From Candidatus Brocadiia bacterium (GTDB lineage Bacteria; Planctomycetota; Brocadiia; CAIUPP01), in NCBI GenBank assembly GCA_050015075.1, contig JBEKCB010000005.1, positions 96,001 to 160,000 on the forward strand: 64,000 nucleotides of DNA, read 5' to 3'. The translations under genes were made by a program, and so were the position numbers. Shown here piece by piece: positions 18,885 to 28,197 of this stretch; position 1 is the first letter of the stretch; each line of letters starts with the position of its first letter. Under the pieces are notes generated by a model, which saw nothing but the letters and a program-made list of their open reading frames with translations, was not told the DNA's origin and did no database searches.

Positions 18885-19638
18885 GGTCCTGTCCGGTATG
18901 GTTAATGAGCGATGCGACCGAGCCCGCGCCGAAACCGTTATCAATGTTTACCACCGCCACGCCGGCGGTGCAACTGTTGAGCATGGTCAGCAGCGGCGCG
19001 ATGCCGCTGAAGCTGGCGCCATAGCCGATGCTGGTAGGCACGGCGATCACCGGCCGGGCGACCATGCCGCCCACCACGCTGGCCAGCGCGCCTTCCATGC
19101 CGGCGACGACGATGACCACGTTGGCCCGGCGCAGCTCCTTCCGAAAGCGCAGCAGCCGGTGCAGGCCGGCGACGCCCACGTCGTAGATCGTCCGCACGCG
19201 GTTGTCGAGGAACTCCGCCGTCACGCGCGCCTCCTCGGCGACCGGAATATCGGCGGTGCCGGCGCAGACGATGAGAATCTCTCCCCGCGGCGGCGGATGC
19301 TTCGTCCGCTTGATCGTGACCGTCCGCGCGGCGGCGCAATAGACGGCGTCGGGCGCGAGCCGGGCGATGGCCCGATGGACTTGCGCCGAGGCGCGCGTGG
19401 CCAGGAGGTTCATCCCGCGGCCGCGCAGGCGCCGGGCGATCGCCTGGATCTGCGCCACGGTCTTGCCCTGGCAGAAGATCGCCTCGGGAATGCCGCACCG
19501 CACCTCGCGGTGAAGATCGAGTTTCGCGAAGCCGATGTCGTCGAACGCGCCGCCTTCGAGATGCTTGAGGGCCTCGCCGGCGGACACATCGCCGCCCTCG
19601 ACAGCGCGAAGGAGCTTCATCAGGCGGTTCTCGTCCAT
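18859..19638 (-). CDS. larB: Nickel-pincer cofactor biosynthesis protein LarB (PurE-like)
   Basis: DLHREVRCGIPEAIFCQGKT, AGTADIPVAEEA, DVGVAGLHRL, AGMEGAL, PTSIGYGA, VNIDNGFGA. Confidence 0.93.
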   Translation of the reverse strand: MDENRLMKLLRAVEGGDVSAGEALKHLEGGAFDDIGFAKLDLHREVRCGIPEAIFCQGKTVAQIQAIARRLRGRGMNLLATRASAQVHRAIARLAPDAVYCAAARTVTIKRTKHPPPRGEILIVCAGTADIPVAEEARVTAEFLDNRVRTIYDVGVAGLHRLLRFRKELRRANVVIVVAGMEGALASVVGGMVARPVIAVPTSIGYGASFSGIAPLLTMLNSCTAGVAVVNIDNGFGAGSVASLINHTGQDHAKNPRPA

Positions 19639-19658
19639 GTCGGTCACCTCCAAACGGC

Positions 19659-19724
19659 AAGGATGAAGGATGAAGGCGGAATGATGAAGACCTCTTCAGC
19701 CTTCATCCTTCAGCCTTCAGCATT
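19659..19724. repeat. Inverted heptamer array (GGATGAA)n / (CCTTCAK)n at the tsaD-larB junction
   Basis: aaggatgaaggatgaaggcggaatgatgaag-acct-cttcagccttcatccttcagccttcagcatt. Confidence 0.85.
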
Positions 19725-20755
19725 ACCTCCTTGTGTTTATCCCGCCGTTCCGTCGGGCAGACGTCGAGCGTCAGGTCGCTCACGCGCCCGGCCGTATAGA
19801 GCGGATACGCGATGCCGGCCACCATGGCGGCGTTGTCCATGCAGTAGCGGATGGGCGGCAGGACGAGCTCCAGCCGGCGGCGCCCGGCGGCATCGGCCAG
19901 GCGCTCGCGCAACCGCGAGTTGGCCGCCACGCCTCCGCCGACGGCGATGCGGCTCGCGCCGACCCGGCGCGCGGCCTCGAGGAGCTTCTCGACCAGCGTG
20001 TCCACCACCGCTTCCTGGAAGCTGGCGGCGACGTCGGCGATTTCCTGCGCGGTCAGCGGCGGCCGGGGCGTCCGCGGATTCTGCCCGCGGCAATGATAGA
20101 GCACCGCGGTCTTGATGCCGCTGAAGGAGAAGTCGAACGAGTCCGGCCCGAGGCGGGTGCGCGGGAAGGCGATGGCGCGCGGGTTGCCGGCGCGCGCGGC
20201 GCGGTCCACGTTCGGGCCGCCCGGATAGCCCAGACCCAGAATGCTCGCCGCCTTGTCGAAGGCTTCGCCGGCCGCGTCGTCGAGCGTGGCGCCGAGCATC
20301 TCGTGCTCGATCGCCGAGCGGCTGCGAAAGAGGCTGGTGTGCCCGCCGGAGGCGACGAGGCTGACGCACGGGAAGAGCGGCGCCTCGCGGTCCAGCGCGG
20401 CGGCATACGCGTGGGCGTAGAGGTGGTTGACGCCGATGATCGGCAGGTCGCGGAGCCAGGCGAGCGTCTTGGCCGCCGTCACGCCGATGAGGAGCGCGCC
20501 GACCAGCCCGGGCGTGTGCGTCACCGCGACGCCGTCGAGGTCCTCGACGTGGACTGCGGCCTCTTCGAGCGCGCGGCGGATCACCGGCAGGACCACCGCC
20601 AGGTGCGCGCGGCAGGCGATCTCCGGCACCACGCCGCCGTACGGCAAGTGCAGCTTGTCCTGCGAGGCGACGATGCTCGAGAGGACTTGCCGGCCGTCCT
20701 TGACGACGGCGGCGGCGGTCTCGTCGCAGGAGGTTTCGATTCCCAGTAGGAGCAT
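19703..20755 (-). CDS. tsaD: tRNA N6-adenosine threonylcarbamoyltransferase
   Basis: LGIETSCDET, GGVVPEIACRAH, NHLYAH, SGGHT, DDAAGEAFDK, FSFSGIKT, GGVAAN, DNAAM. Confidence 0.97.
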   Translation of the reverse strand: MLLLGIETSCDETAAAVVKDGRQVLSSIVASQDKLHLPYGGVVPEIACRAHLAVVLPVIRRALEEAAVHVEDLDGVAVTHTPGLVGALLIGVTAAKTLAWLRDLPIIGVNHLYAHAYAAALDREAPLFPCVSLVASGGHTSLFRSRSAIEHEMLGATLDDAAGEAFDKAASILGLGYPGGPNVDRAARAGNPRAIAFPRTRLGPDSFDFSFSGIKTAVLYHCRGQNPRTPRPPLTAQEIADVAASFQEAVVDTLVEKLLEAARRVGASRIAVGGGVAANSRLRERLADAAGRRRLELVLPPIRYCMDNAAMVAGIAYPLYTAGRVSDLTLDVCPTERRDKHKEVMLKAEG

Positions 20756-20849
20756 ATCGGGCCTGAGGAATCAGGGCAGCCTTCGAAGGTCAGCCATGCT
20801 GCGCGGCGAATGGCGGCTGCGCGATAAATCGGAGGCGCGTCTCGCGCCG

Positions 20850-22226
20850 CTACTTCGCCGCCTTCTCCACGCCGGCCTCGGGCATCGCCGTGGGATGCAT
20901 CAACTGCCACTTCAAGATATTCAGCGCGGCCTGGAGTTGGAAATCCACCACGCGCCCGCGGCGCGTCTCGTCTCCCTCTTTGCCGTTCGGCTGCACGGGC
21001 GTATCGGCGGCCGGGGCGGGCTTGGCCTCGGGCGCAGGCGCGGCCGCCGGCTCCTGCTCCACCAGGTCTGCGCCGAGGTGATAGCGGCCGCGGAGCTTGT
21101 CCTCGCGTTCCTGGTTGCGCAGCGCCAGCTCGTGCTCGCGGCTCATCGGCAGATAGATGTCCGGCATGATGCCCTGGTGCAACTCGATCGGCTCGTTATT
21201 GGGCCGGTAGTAACGCGCGGTGGTCATCTTGAGCGACTCGCCGTTGCCCAGCGGAATGACGTTCTGGACGGAGCCCTTGCCGTACGTGCGGCCGCCGACC
21301 AGCAGCGACCGGTTGTTGTCGTGCAGCGCGGCGGCCAGAATCTCCGAGGCGCTCGCGGATCCCTCGTCCACGACCACGATGATCGGCAGTTCCTCCAGAT
21401 TCCGCCCCTTGTGAGCGTGGGCGTTGTAGGTTCGGGTCATCTCGGGCTGCCGGCCGCGGACGCTCACGATCACGCCGCTCGAGAGGAAATCGTCCGCGAT
21501 GTCCACCGCCTTGTCGAGCAGCCCGCCCGGATTTCCGCGCAGGTCAATGATCATCCCTTTCAGGCCTTGCTTCTGGAGATCGCCGACGGCGGCCAGCATG
21601 TCGTCGCGGCACGTCTCGGTGAACTGGCTGATCTGGATGTAGCCGATGCCGCTCTTCGGGTCGAGCATGGCGCCCTCGACCGAGGCCGGCTTGATTTCCG
21701 CGCGCGTGATGGTAATTTCGGCGTCCACCGCCGCGCCGAGGTGGTGCACCGTCAGCGTGACTTTGGTGCCGATCTTGCCGCGCAGCGTCTCGACGGCGTC
21801 CTCCAGGTTGAGCCGCTCCGTGGACTTGCCGTCAATCTTCAAAATCGCGTCGCCGGCGAGGATCCCCGCGTCATAGGCCGGCGTGCCCTTGATCGGCGTA
21901 ATGACGGTCAGGATGCCGTCCTTCAGCGAAATCTCGATGCCCAGCCCGCCGAATTTTCCTTCCGTCTCGGCCGTGAAGCGCTTGGCTTCGGGCTGGTTGA
22001 AGTACTGCGTGAAGGGGTCGTTGAGCGCCTCCAACGCGCCGCGATAGGCGCCCTCGAAGAGCTTCTTCGTGTCCACCTCGGTCACGTAGTCATCGTGCAC
22101 GTGCTCGATGATCTTCTTCAGCGTCTCATATTCTTTCTCGTACGGCTCCTGGCTGAAGGCGCGGCTGACCCCCAGCGCGCCGGCGAAGACGACGACGAGG
22201 AACAGGACCAGGCTCTTGCGGGGCAT
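20850..22226 (-). CDS. ctpA: S41 family C-terminal processing protease with PDZ domain
   Basis: GGLGI PDZ motif, IIDLRGNPGGLL, SASASEI, TYGKGSVQ, DFQLQAA. Confidence 0.93.
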   Translation of the reverse strand: MPRKSLVLFLVVVFAGALGVSRAFSQEPYEKEYETLKKIIEHVHDDYVTEVDTKKLFEGAYRGALEALNDPFTQYFNQPEAKRFTAETEGKFGGLGIEISLKDGILTVITPIKGTPAYDAGILAGDAILKIDGKSTERLNLEDAVETLRGKIGTKVTLTVHHLGAAVDAEITITRAEIKPASVEGAMLDPKSGIGYIQISQFTETCRDDMLAAVGDLQKQGLKGMIIDLRGNPGGLLDKAVDIADDFLSSGVIVSVRGRQPEMTRTYNAHAHKGRNLEELPIIVVVDEGSASASEILAAALHDNNRSLLVGGRTYGKGSVQNVIPLGNGESLKMTTARYYRPNNEPIELHQGIMPDIYLPMSREHELALRNQEREDKLRGRYHLGADLVEQEPAAAPAPEAKPAPAADTPVQPNGKEGDETRRGRVVDFQLQAALNILKWQLMHPTAMPEAGVEKAAK

Positions 22227-22278
22227 AGCGGACTCCTAGAGAGTGGGGACGAAAACCACAACGCTTCGGTTCGCGTAT

Positions 22279-22354
22279 TGGTGGACGGGGGCGGGATTGA
22301 ACCGCCGACACCAGGATTTTCAGTCCTGTGCTCTACCAGCTGAGCTACCCGTCC
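22279..22354 (-). tRNA. tRNA-Phe (GAA)
   Basis: GGACGGGTAGCTCAGCTGGTAGAGCACAGGACTGAAAATCCTGGTGTCGGCGGTTCAATCCCGCCCCCGTCCACCA: 76-nt cloverleaf, anticodon GAA, encoded CCA. Confidence 0.97.
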
Positions 22355-22442
22355 AGCTTCAGACGCAATGTTGGAATTTACACAAGCCGGCGCGGGCTGT
22401 CAAGCCATCGCGGCCCGCGGGGCGTCGCAGGGACTGGCTGCG

Positions 22443-22500
22443 GACTTGTCCGCCGTAGCCCTGAGCGCAGCCGAAGGGGCAAAGGCGGATTGCCGAATGA
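22443..22500. repeat. Composite repeat copy 2 with an additional nested insert (ctgagcgcagccgaagg, 22461-22477)
   Basis: gacttgtccgccgtagcc[ctgagcgcagccgaagg]ggcaaaggcggattgccgaatga compared with the copies at 13046 and 43335. Confidence 0.85.
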
Positions 22501-22515
22501 CCGGTCCAGCAGCGT

Positions 22516-22544
22516 TTGAAAGCGCGCCCGCCGCGCGATATAAT
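22516..22544 (+). promoter_or_regulatory. Putative sigma70 promoter of panC-lgt
   Basis: TTGAAA-17 nt-TATAAT. Confidence 0.65.
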
Positions 22545-22592
22545 CCGGGGTCGTCGGCTTCAGGCCCTCGAATCCACCTGGAGGTGAACCGG

Positions 22593-23441
22593 ATGCGCTT
22601 CGTCACTTCGATCGCCGAGCTGCATGCGGCGCTGCGGGAACTTCGGCCGGGCAAGAAATCGGTCGGCTTCGTGCCGACCATGGGCGCGCTGCACGCCGGG
22701 CACGTCAGTCTCATCCGCAGCGCCCGCAAGGAGACCGGCCTGGTCGTGGTCAGCGTGTTCGTCAATCCGACACAGTTCGGGCCGAGCGAGGACCTGGACG
22801 CCTATCCGCGCCCGCTCGAGCATGACCGCCAGGTCTGCGAGAAGGCCGGCGTGGACATCCTCTTCGCGCCGCCGACCCACGAAATGTATCCGGGCGGCTA
22901 CGCGACCTACGTCCTCCAGGAACGCTATACGGAAGCCTTCGAGGGCGAAATCCGCACCGGCCATTTCCACGGCGTCTGCACCGTCTGCGCGAAACTCTTC
23001 AACCTGGTCCATCCGGATATCGCCTTCTTCGGCCAGAAGGATTACCAGCAGAGCGTGGTCATCCGGCGCATGGTGCGCGACCTGAACTTCGACTTGAAGA
23101 TCAGCCTCTGCCCGACCGTCCGCGAGCCGGACGGCCTGGCGCTGAGTTCGCGCAACGTCTATCTTTCGCCCGAGGAGCGCGAGCAGGCCACCGTGCTGAA
23201 CCGCGCGCTCCGCAAGGCCGAGGACCTGTTCGCGCAGGGCGAACGCCGCGCCGCGCCGCTCATCGCCGCGATAGATGAGGTGATCCGCGAGGCCCCCGCG
23301 TCGAAAGTGGATTACGTCGCCGTCGTCAACCCCGAGACGCTTCGCGAAATTCGCCGGATCGAATCCGAGGCCATGGTGCTGATCGCCATCCGCCTGGGCC
23401 GGACGCGGCTCATAGACAACTGCCATCTCTCGGCGCGGTAG
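22593..23441 (+). CDS. panC: Pantoate-beta-alanine ligase
   Basis: FVPTMGALHAGH, SVFVNPTQF, FGQKDYQQ, REPDGLALSSRN, RLIDN; GGAGG ribosome-binding site. Confidence 0.97.
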   Translation: MRFVTSIAELHAALRELRPGKKSVGFVPTMGALHAGHVSLIRSARKETGLVVVSVFVNPTQFGPSEDLDAYPRPLEHDRQVCEKAGVDILFAPPTHEMYPGGYATYVLQERYTEAFEGEIRTGHFHGVCTVCAKLFNLVHPDIAFFGQKDYQQSVVIRRMVRDLNFDLKISLCPTVREPDGLALSSRNVYLSPEEREQATVLNRALRKAEDLFAQGERRAAPLIAAIDEVIREAPASKVDYVAVVNPETLREIRRIESEAMVLIAIRLGRTRLIDNCHLSAR

Positions 23442-23472
23442 CCCTGCCGCCCCGTGACGGCGGAAGGAAAAA

Positions 23473-24303
23473 ATGCACGACATCTTTTTCCGCATCGGCG
23501 ACCGGTTCGCCATCCACTCGTACGGGGTGATGGCGATGATCGGGTTCCTGGCGGCGCTCTTCGTCGCTCGCTGGCGGGCGCGGCGCGCCGGCCTGCTGCC
23601 GGACGAAGTCACCGACATCTGTGTCTGGGCGCTGCTGGCCGGCATTGTCGGCTCGCGGATCGCCTACGTTCTCCAGAACACCGATTACTTCTTCGACACC
23701 GCCCGGCCGGGATGGTCCGTCCTCGACCTCCTCAAAATCTGGCAAGGCGGCCTGGTCTTCTACGGCGGGCTCATCGGCGCGCTGGTCGTCACGCTGCTCC
23801 TGCTCCGGGCCAAGAAACTGAAGACGCTGCCGGTGCTCGACGTGCTCACGCCGTCGCTGGCGCTCGGACACGCGTTCGGGCGGATCGGCTGCTACCTGCA
23901 CGGCTGCTGCTACGGCGTGCCCGTCCACCAGGGCGCGTGGTACGGCTGCGTCTTCCCGCGCGACTCGCTTCCGTATCTCACCGGCGTCGGGGCGCCCTTG
24001 TACATCGCTCCGGGCACTCCGCTGTGGCCGACGCAACTGGTGAGCGCGTTCGACCTCTTCTGCATCTTCATCATCCTCTCGCTCTTCTTCCGCCACCAGC
24101 GCCGCTCGGGCGAGGTGACCGCGCTGTACCTGCTCCTCTACTCCACCGAGCGGTTCATCGTGGAGTTCTTCCGGGGCGATACGCACCTGCCCGGCCAGAT
24201 GAGCGAGGCGCAGTGGATCAGCATCGGGATCTTCATCGCGGGCGCTGCGCTGATGGCCTGGCTCAAGACGAGCACGCCGGAGAAGGTCCCCGCCAGGAAG
24301 TGA
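23473..24303 (+). CDS. lgt: Prolipoprotein diacylglyceryl transferase
   Basis: IHSYG, IWQGGLVFYGG, GRIGCYLHGCCYG, PTQL, RFIVEFFRGD. Confidence 0.93.
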   Translation: MHDIFFRIGDRFAIHSYGVMAMIGFLAALFVARWRARRAGLLPDEVTDICVWALLAGIVGSRIAYVLQNTDYFFDTARPGWSVLDLLKIWQGGLVFYGGLIGALVVTLLLLRAKKLKTLPVLDVLTPSLALGHAFGRIGCYLHGCCYGVPVHQGAWYGCVFPRDSLPYLTGVGAPLYIAPGTPLWPTQLVSAFDLFCIFIILSLFFRHQRRSGEVTALYLLLYSTERFIVEFFRGDTHLPGQMSEAQWISIGIFIAGAALMAWLKTSTPEKVPARK

Positions 24304-24320
24304 AGAGCGGCCCGTCGCGC

Positions 24321-25238
24321 TCACTCGCTCTCACCGCGCCGCGGATCGGGTCCGAGACCGTCGAGGATTTTCCCGATCTCGCCGAACCTGCCGACGTCGG
24401 TCGCGCCGCGCGCGATCAGGATGGAGTTCCCGCGCGCGGACTCCGGCGGAGCGCGGTACTTCAGGACGAAGAGCGGGCGCCCGAGCTGCTCCGCGGCCCG
24501 GACGGTATGCATCGTGCCTCCGCGCGGGCGCGTTTCGATGACGAACACGGCGCGGCCGAGCGCGGCGATGATCCGGTCGCGCGCCACCGCCGCGGCGGCG
24601 GACCACTCCAGGTCGGGCGGGCATTCGCTGACCACCGCGCCGCGCTGCGCGATCTCGGCGAGCGCCGGAAAGTCCGCGCGCGATTTGAAGTGCCGGATGC
24701 CGTACGGAACGCAGAGGATGGACCGCCCGCCGCCCTTGAACGCCCCGCGGTGCGAGGCCGCGTCAATGCCGTGCGCGTAGCCGCTCACGACCGTGACGCC
24801 GGCGGCCGCGAATCGCTTGCCGAACTCCTCCGCGATCGGCCGGCCCCGCGCCGAGGGCTTCGTGGTGCCCACCATGCTGACCGCGCGCCGGTCCTTCGCG
24901 CCGATTTGGCCGAGGACATAGAGCAGCGGCGGCGGGTCCGGCAGGTCGTGCAGCGCCGGCGGGTAAGCCGGGTCGGTCATGCGCAGGAGATGCACGCCCT
25001 TCTTCTGAAGCGCCGCCACCGTCCGCTCGGCCGAGTCGAGCCGGCTCCGGCTGGCCAGCAGCGCGTCGGCCAGTTCCCGCCGCATGCCGCGCACCTCGGC
25101 GAGGGCGCCGCGGTCCGCCTTCTCGACGGCCTCCGCCGCCGAGCCGAACCGGTCGAGGAGCCGCCGGAACGTCACCGGCCCCATTCCCGGAAGTGCGTGC
25201 AGCAAGGCCCAGTAGCTGATCTCTGCGGTCTGGCTCAT
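24321..25238 (-). CDS. dprA: DNA-processing protein DprA (Smf)
   Basis: YPPALHDLPDPPPLLYVLG, VVSGYAHGIDAASH, RDRIIAALG, GGTMHT. Confidence 0.88.
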   Translation of the reverse strand: MSQTAEISYWALLHALPGMGPVTFRRLLDRFGSAAEAVEKADRGALAEVRGMRRELADALLASRSRLDSAERTVAALQKKGVHLLRMTDPAYPPALHDLPDPPPLLYVLGQIGAKDRRAVSMVGTTKPSARGRPIAEEFGKRFAAAGVTVVSGYAHGIDAASHRGAFKGGGRSILCVPYGIRHFKSRADFPALAEIAQRGAVVSECPPDLEWSAAAAVARDRIIAALGRAVFVIETRPRGGTMHTVRAAEQLGRPLFVLKYRAPPESARGNSILIARGATDVGRFGEIGKILDGLGPDPRRGESE

Positions 25239-25258
25239 CGGCCCTCAACTGAAAGCGC

Positions 25259-26704
25259 TCATCCGCCTGCGGCGCCCTCCACGCGATGGACCTTCATCAT
25301 GTTCGTCGCGCCCGGGACCGTCGTCGAGCCGACCAGCAGGATGACCAGGTCGCCCGGCCGGACCAGGCCGCAGGCGCGGACGGCGCGCTCGGTCATCGCG
25401 ACCAGCGCCTCGGGGCCGGCGGCCCTTTCCGAAAGCATCGGCCGCACGCCCCACGCCAGCGCCAGCCGGCGGCAGGTCTCTTCCGACGGCGTGAACGCCA
25501 GCACCGGCGCCGACGGCCGCCGCGCCGAGACGAGCAGCGCCGTCCGCCCGGAGAGCGTAAAGACCGCGATGGCCGCCGCGCCGAGTTCCTGCGCCGCCAC
25601 GCACGCGGCGCGCGTGCTGGCCTCGGCGACGCCGCGCGGCCCGGCCGCCTTCTCGCGCGCGAAGGGCCGCCGATACTCCGGGAGATGCCGCTCCGCGGCC
25701 AGGGCGATCTCGGACATCATCCGCACCGCCTCGACCGGATATTTCCCGACCGCGGTCTCGGCGGAGAGCATCAGCGCGCCGGTCCCGTCGAAGACGGCGT
25801 TGGCGATGTCGGTGGCTTCAGCGCGGCTCGGCTGCGGGTTCGAGACCATTGTCTCGAGCATCTGCGTCGCCGTGATGTCCGGCTTGCCGCGCCGGCCGGC
25901 GACCGACAGGATTTGCTTCTGCAGGATCGGGATTTCCGCGGCGGAGGTCTCGACGCCCAGGTCGCCGCGCGCGACCATGACGCCGTCGGCGGCGGCGACG
26001 ATCTCCTCGAGGTTCTGGATCGCCTCGATGCGCTCGATCTTCGCGATCACCGGCACGTCGCATCCGGCGGACTTCGCCGAGCGGCGGAGGTCTTCGATGT
26101 CCGACGCGCGCCGGACAAACGACAGACCGACGTAGTCCACGCCCGCGCCGATGCCGAATCGCAGGTCCTCCAGGTCCTTCTCGGTCAGGCAGGAAGCGCT
26201 CAGCGGCGTGTGCGGAAGGTTCATGCCCTTGTGCTCGTCCAGCGCGCCGCCCACGAGCACCTCGGTCTGCACCTCGCGGCCGGCGACGCCCGTGACGCGC
26301 AGTTGCAGCCGGCCGTCGTCGAGCAGGATCACGTCGCCCTTCCGGACGTCGTCGGGCAACGCGGCGTACGTGGTCGAAATCCGCACTGCCGTTCCGACGA
26401 CCGCGTCGGTCGTGATCTGGACGGAATCGCCGGCGGATAGATTGACCGGCTGATGTCCGGCGAGTTCGCCGATGCGCATCTTCGGTCCCTGGAGATCCTG
26501 CAGGATGGCGACGGCCTGGCGGGCTTCGGCAGCGGCGCGGCGGATGTCGCGCACGGCCGCCCCGTGCGTCTCATGCGAACCGTGCGAGAAATTCAGGCGG
26601 AAGACGTTCACGCCCGCGTCAATCAGCTTCCGGATCATTGCGGGTCCGCTCGAGGCGGGCCCGAGCGTCGCGACGATCTTCGTGCGCCTTTCCTGTTGCT
26701 CCAC
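25259..26704 (-). CDS. pyk: Pyruvate kinase
   Basis: RRTKIVATLGPAS, RLNFSHG, DLQGPKMR, IAKIE, MVARGDLGVE, ATQMLETM, MLSAETA. Confidence 0.97.
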   Translation of the reverse strand: MEQQERRTKIVATLGPASSGPAMIRKLIDAGVNVFRLNFSHGSHETHGAAVRDIRRAAAEARQAVAILQDLQGPKMRIGELAGHQPVNLSAGDSVQITTDAVVGTAVRISTTYAALPDDVRKGDVILLDDGRLQLRVTGVAGREVQTEVLVGGALDEHKGMNLPHTPLSASCLTEKDLEDLRFGIGAGVDYVGLSFVRRASDIEDLRRSAKSAGCDVPVIAKIERIEAIQNLEEIVAAADGVMVARGDLGVETSAAEIPILQKQILSVAGRRGKPDITATQMLETMVSNPQPSRAEATDIANAVFDGTGALMLSAETAVGKYPVEAVRMMSEIALAAERHLPEYRRPFAREKAAGPRGVAEASTRAACVAAQELGAAAIAVFTLSGRTALLVSARRPSAPVLAFTPSEETCRRLALAWGVRPMLSERAAGPEALVAMTERAVRACGLVRPGDLVILLVGSTTVPGATNMMKVHRVEGAAGG

Positions 26705-26742
26705 GGATTCCCCTCCGGCGCAAAGCAGGCGGGTTTATTTCG

Positions 26743-26886
26743 CCACGACGATGCGATGATCACGACGGAGTTGTCGTTACGGAATCCTTGCCTTACTGTT
26801 CGTTGTGCCCGTGGTGGCGTCGTGGTTTAGAATTGTCTCTGCAAAGGTCATTTGTTTTTCTTCGTGCCCTTCGTGCTCTTCGTGGT
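26743..26886. repeat. Degenerate nonamer inverted-repeat element plus a half element overlapping the thiC 3' end
   Basis: ccacgacgatgcgatgatcacgacg (26743-26767) / cgttgtgcccgtggtggcgtcgtgg (26801-26825); cttcgtgcccttcgtgctcttcgtggt (26860-26886). Confidence 0.7.
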
Positions 26887-28197
26887 AAGACGAGTTTTTC
26901 GGCGGCACTCGGCGTCTTCGCGGATTTTGAAGACGCACAGCTCACCGCACATGCTGCACACGTCCTCTTCGCCCGGGCGCCGGCGCTTGCGGAAACTCGC
27001 CGCCCGCTTCGGGTCCATGCACATGCGGATTTGCGCCTGCCAGTCGCGGGCGCGGCGGAGTTCGGAGAACTTGCGGTCCCACTCGGCGGCGCCCGGCACG
27101 CCCTTGGCGATGTCCGCGGCGTGCCCGGCGATGCGCGCGGCGATGACGCCCTCGCGCACGTGCTCCACCTCCGGCAGGCCGAGGTGCTCCATCGGCGTGA
27201 CATAGCAGATGAAGTCCGCGCCCGCCGCGGCGGCCACCGCGCCGCCGATCGCGGCGGTGATGTGGTCGTAGCCGGGGGCCACGTCCGTCACCAGCGGGCC
27301 TAGGATGTAGAACGGCGCGCCGTGGCAGAGTTCCTTCTCCAGGCGCACCTGCGCCTCGATCTGGTGGAGCGGCACGTGCCCGGGGCCTTCGATCATGACC
27401 TGCACGCTGGCCTCGTGCGCGCGCGCGGCCAGTCCGGCGAGCACGTTCAGCTCATGGACCTGCGCCCGGTCGAACGCGTCCGCCTGCGCACCGGGGCGCA
27501 GACCGTCGCCCAGGCTCAGCGTCACGTCGTGCTCTCGCGCGATGGCCAGGACCTCGTCGAACTGTTCGTAGAGCGGGTTTTCCTTTCCGTGGCGGGCCAT
27601 CCAGGTCGCGAGGAATGTGCCGCCGCGGCTCACGATGCCGCACACGCGCGGCGACTGTTCGAGCGTGCGGAGGACCTCGCGCGTCACGCCGCAATGCACG
27701 GTGATGAAGTCCACGCCCTGCTCGACGTGATCGCGCACGGCGCGGAGGATGCCCGCGGCGGTCATCGCGTGGACGCTCCGGCCCTGCCGCAGCACGCGCA
27801 CCGCGGCATCGTAGATCGGCACGGTGCCGACCGGCACGCGCGAGGCCTCGAGGATCCGCCGGCGCACCGAGCGGATGTCGCCGCCGGTGGAAAGGTCCAT
27901 CACCGCGTCCGCGCCGGCCTCGATCGCCGCATTCAACTTCTCCAGCTCGGGCTTCAGATCGGGGAAGTCCTGCGAGGTGCCGATGTTCGCGTTGACCTTC
28001 GTGCGCAGTCCCTGGCCGATGCCGCACGGCTCGATCTCCGGCAGTCCGAGGGCCTTTCGGCAGAGGTTCATCGGCAGGACGACGCGCCCGTCGAGGAGGC
28101 GCTGGCGGAGGATTTCCGCGGAGGTCCGCTCGCGCGCGGCGACCGCGGCGATCTCCGGCACGGCGATGCCGAGCCGGGCTTGTTCAAGTTTCGTCAT
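26848..28197 (-). CDS. thiC: Phosphomethylpyrimidine synthase ThiC (short form)
   Basis: TKVNANIGTS, MDLSTGG, GTVPIY, SRGG, SLGDGLRPG, EGPGHVP, PFYILGP, CSMCGELC. Confidence 0.95.
   Translation of the reverse strand: MTKLEQARLGIAVPEIAAVAARERTSAEILRQRLLDGRVVLPMNLCRKALGLPEIEPCGIGQGLRTKVNANIGTSQDFPDLKPELEKLNAAIEAGADAVMDLSTGGDIRSVRRRILEASRVPVGTVPIYDAAVRVLRQGRSVHAMTAAGILRAVRDHVEQGVDFITVHCGVTREVLRTLEQSPRVCGIVSRGGTFLATWMARHGKENPLYEQFDEVLAIAREHDVTLSLGDGLRPGAQADAFDRAQVHELNVLAGLAARAHEASVQVMIEGPGHVPLHQIEAQVRLEKELCHGAPFYILGPLVTDVAPGYDHITAAIGGAVAAAAGADFICYVTPMEHLGLPEVEHVREGVIAARIAGHAADIAKGVPGAAEWDRKFSELRRARDWQAQIRMCMDPKRAASFRKRRRPGEEDVCSMCGELCVFKIREDAECRRKTRLTTKSTKGTKKNK

Noticed and set aside
20761-20790. 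cctgaggaatcagggcagccttcgaagg as another copy of the CCTGAGC...CGAAGG repeat
   Set aside because: Similarity is too degenerate to support by eye.
22279-22354. tRNA-Phe as an integration site for an island
   Set aside because: No integrase, no duplicated tRNA 3' end was noticed, and the flanking genes are housekeeping.
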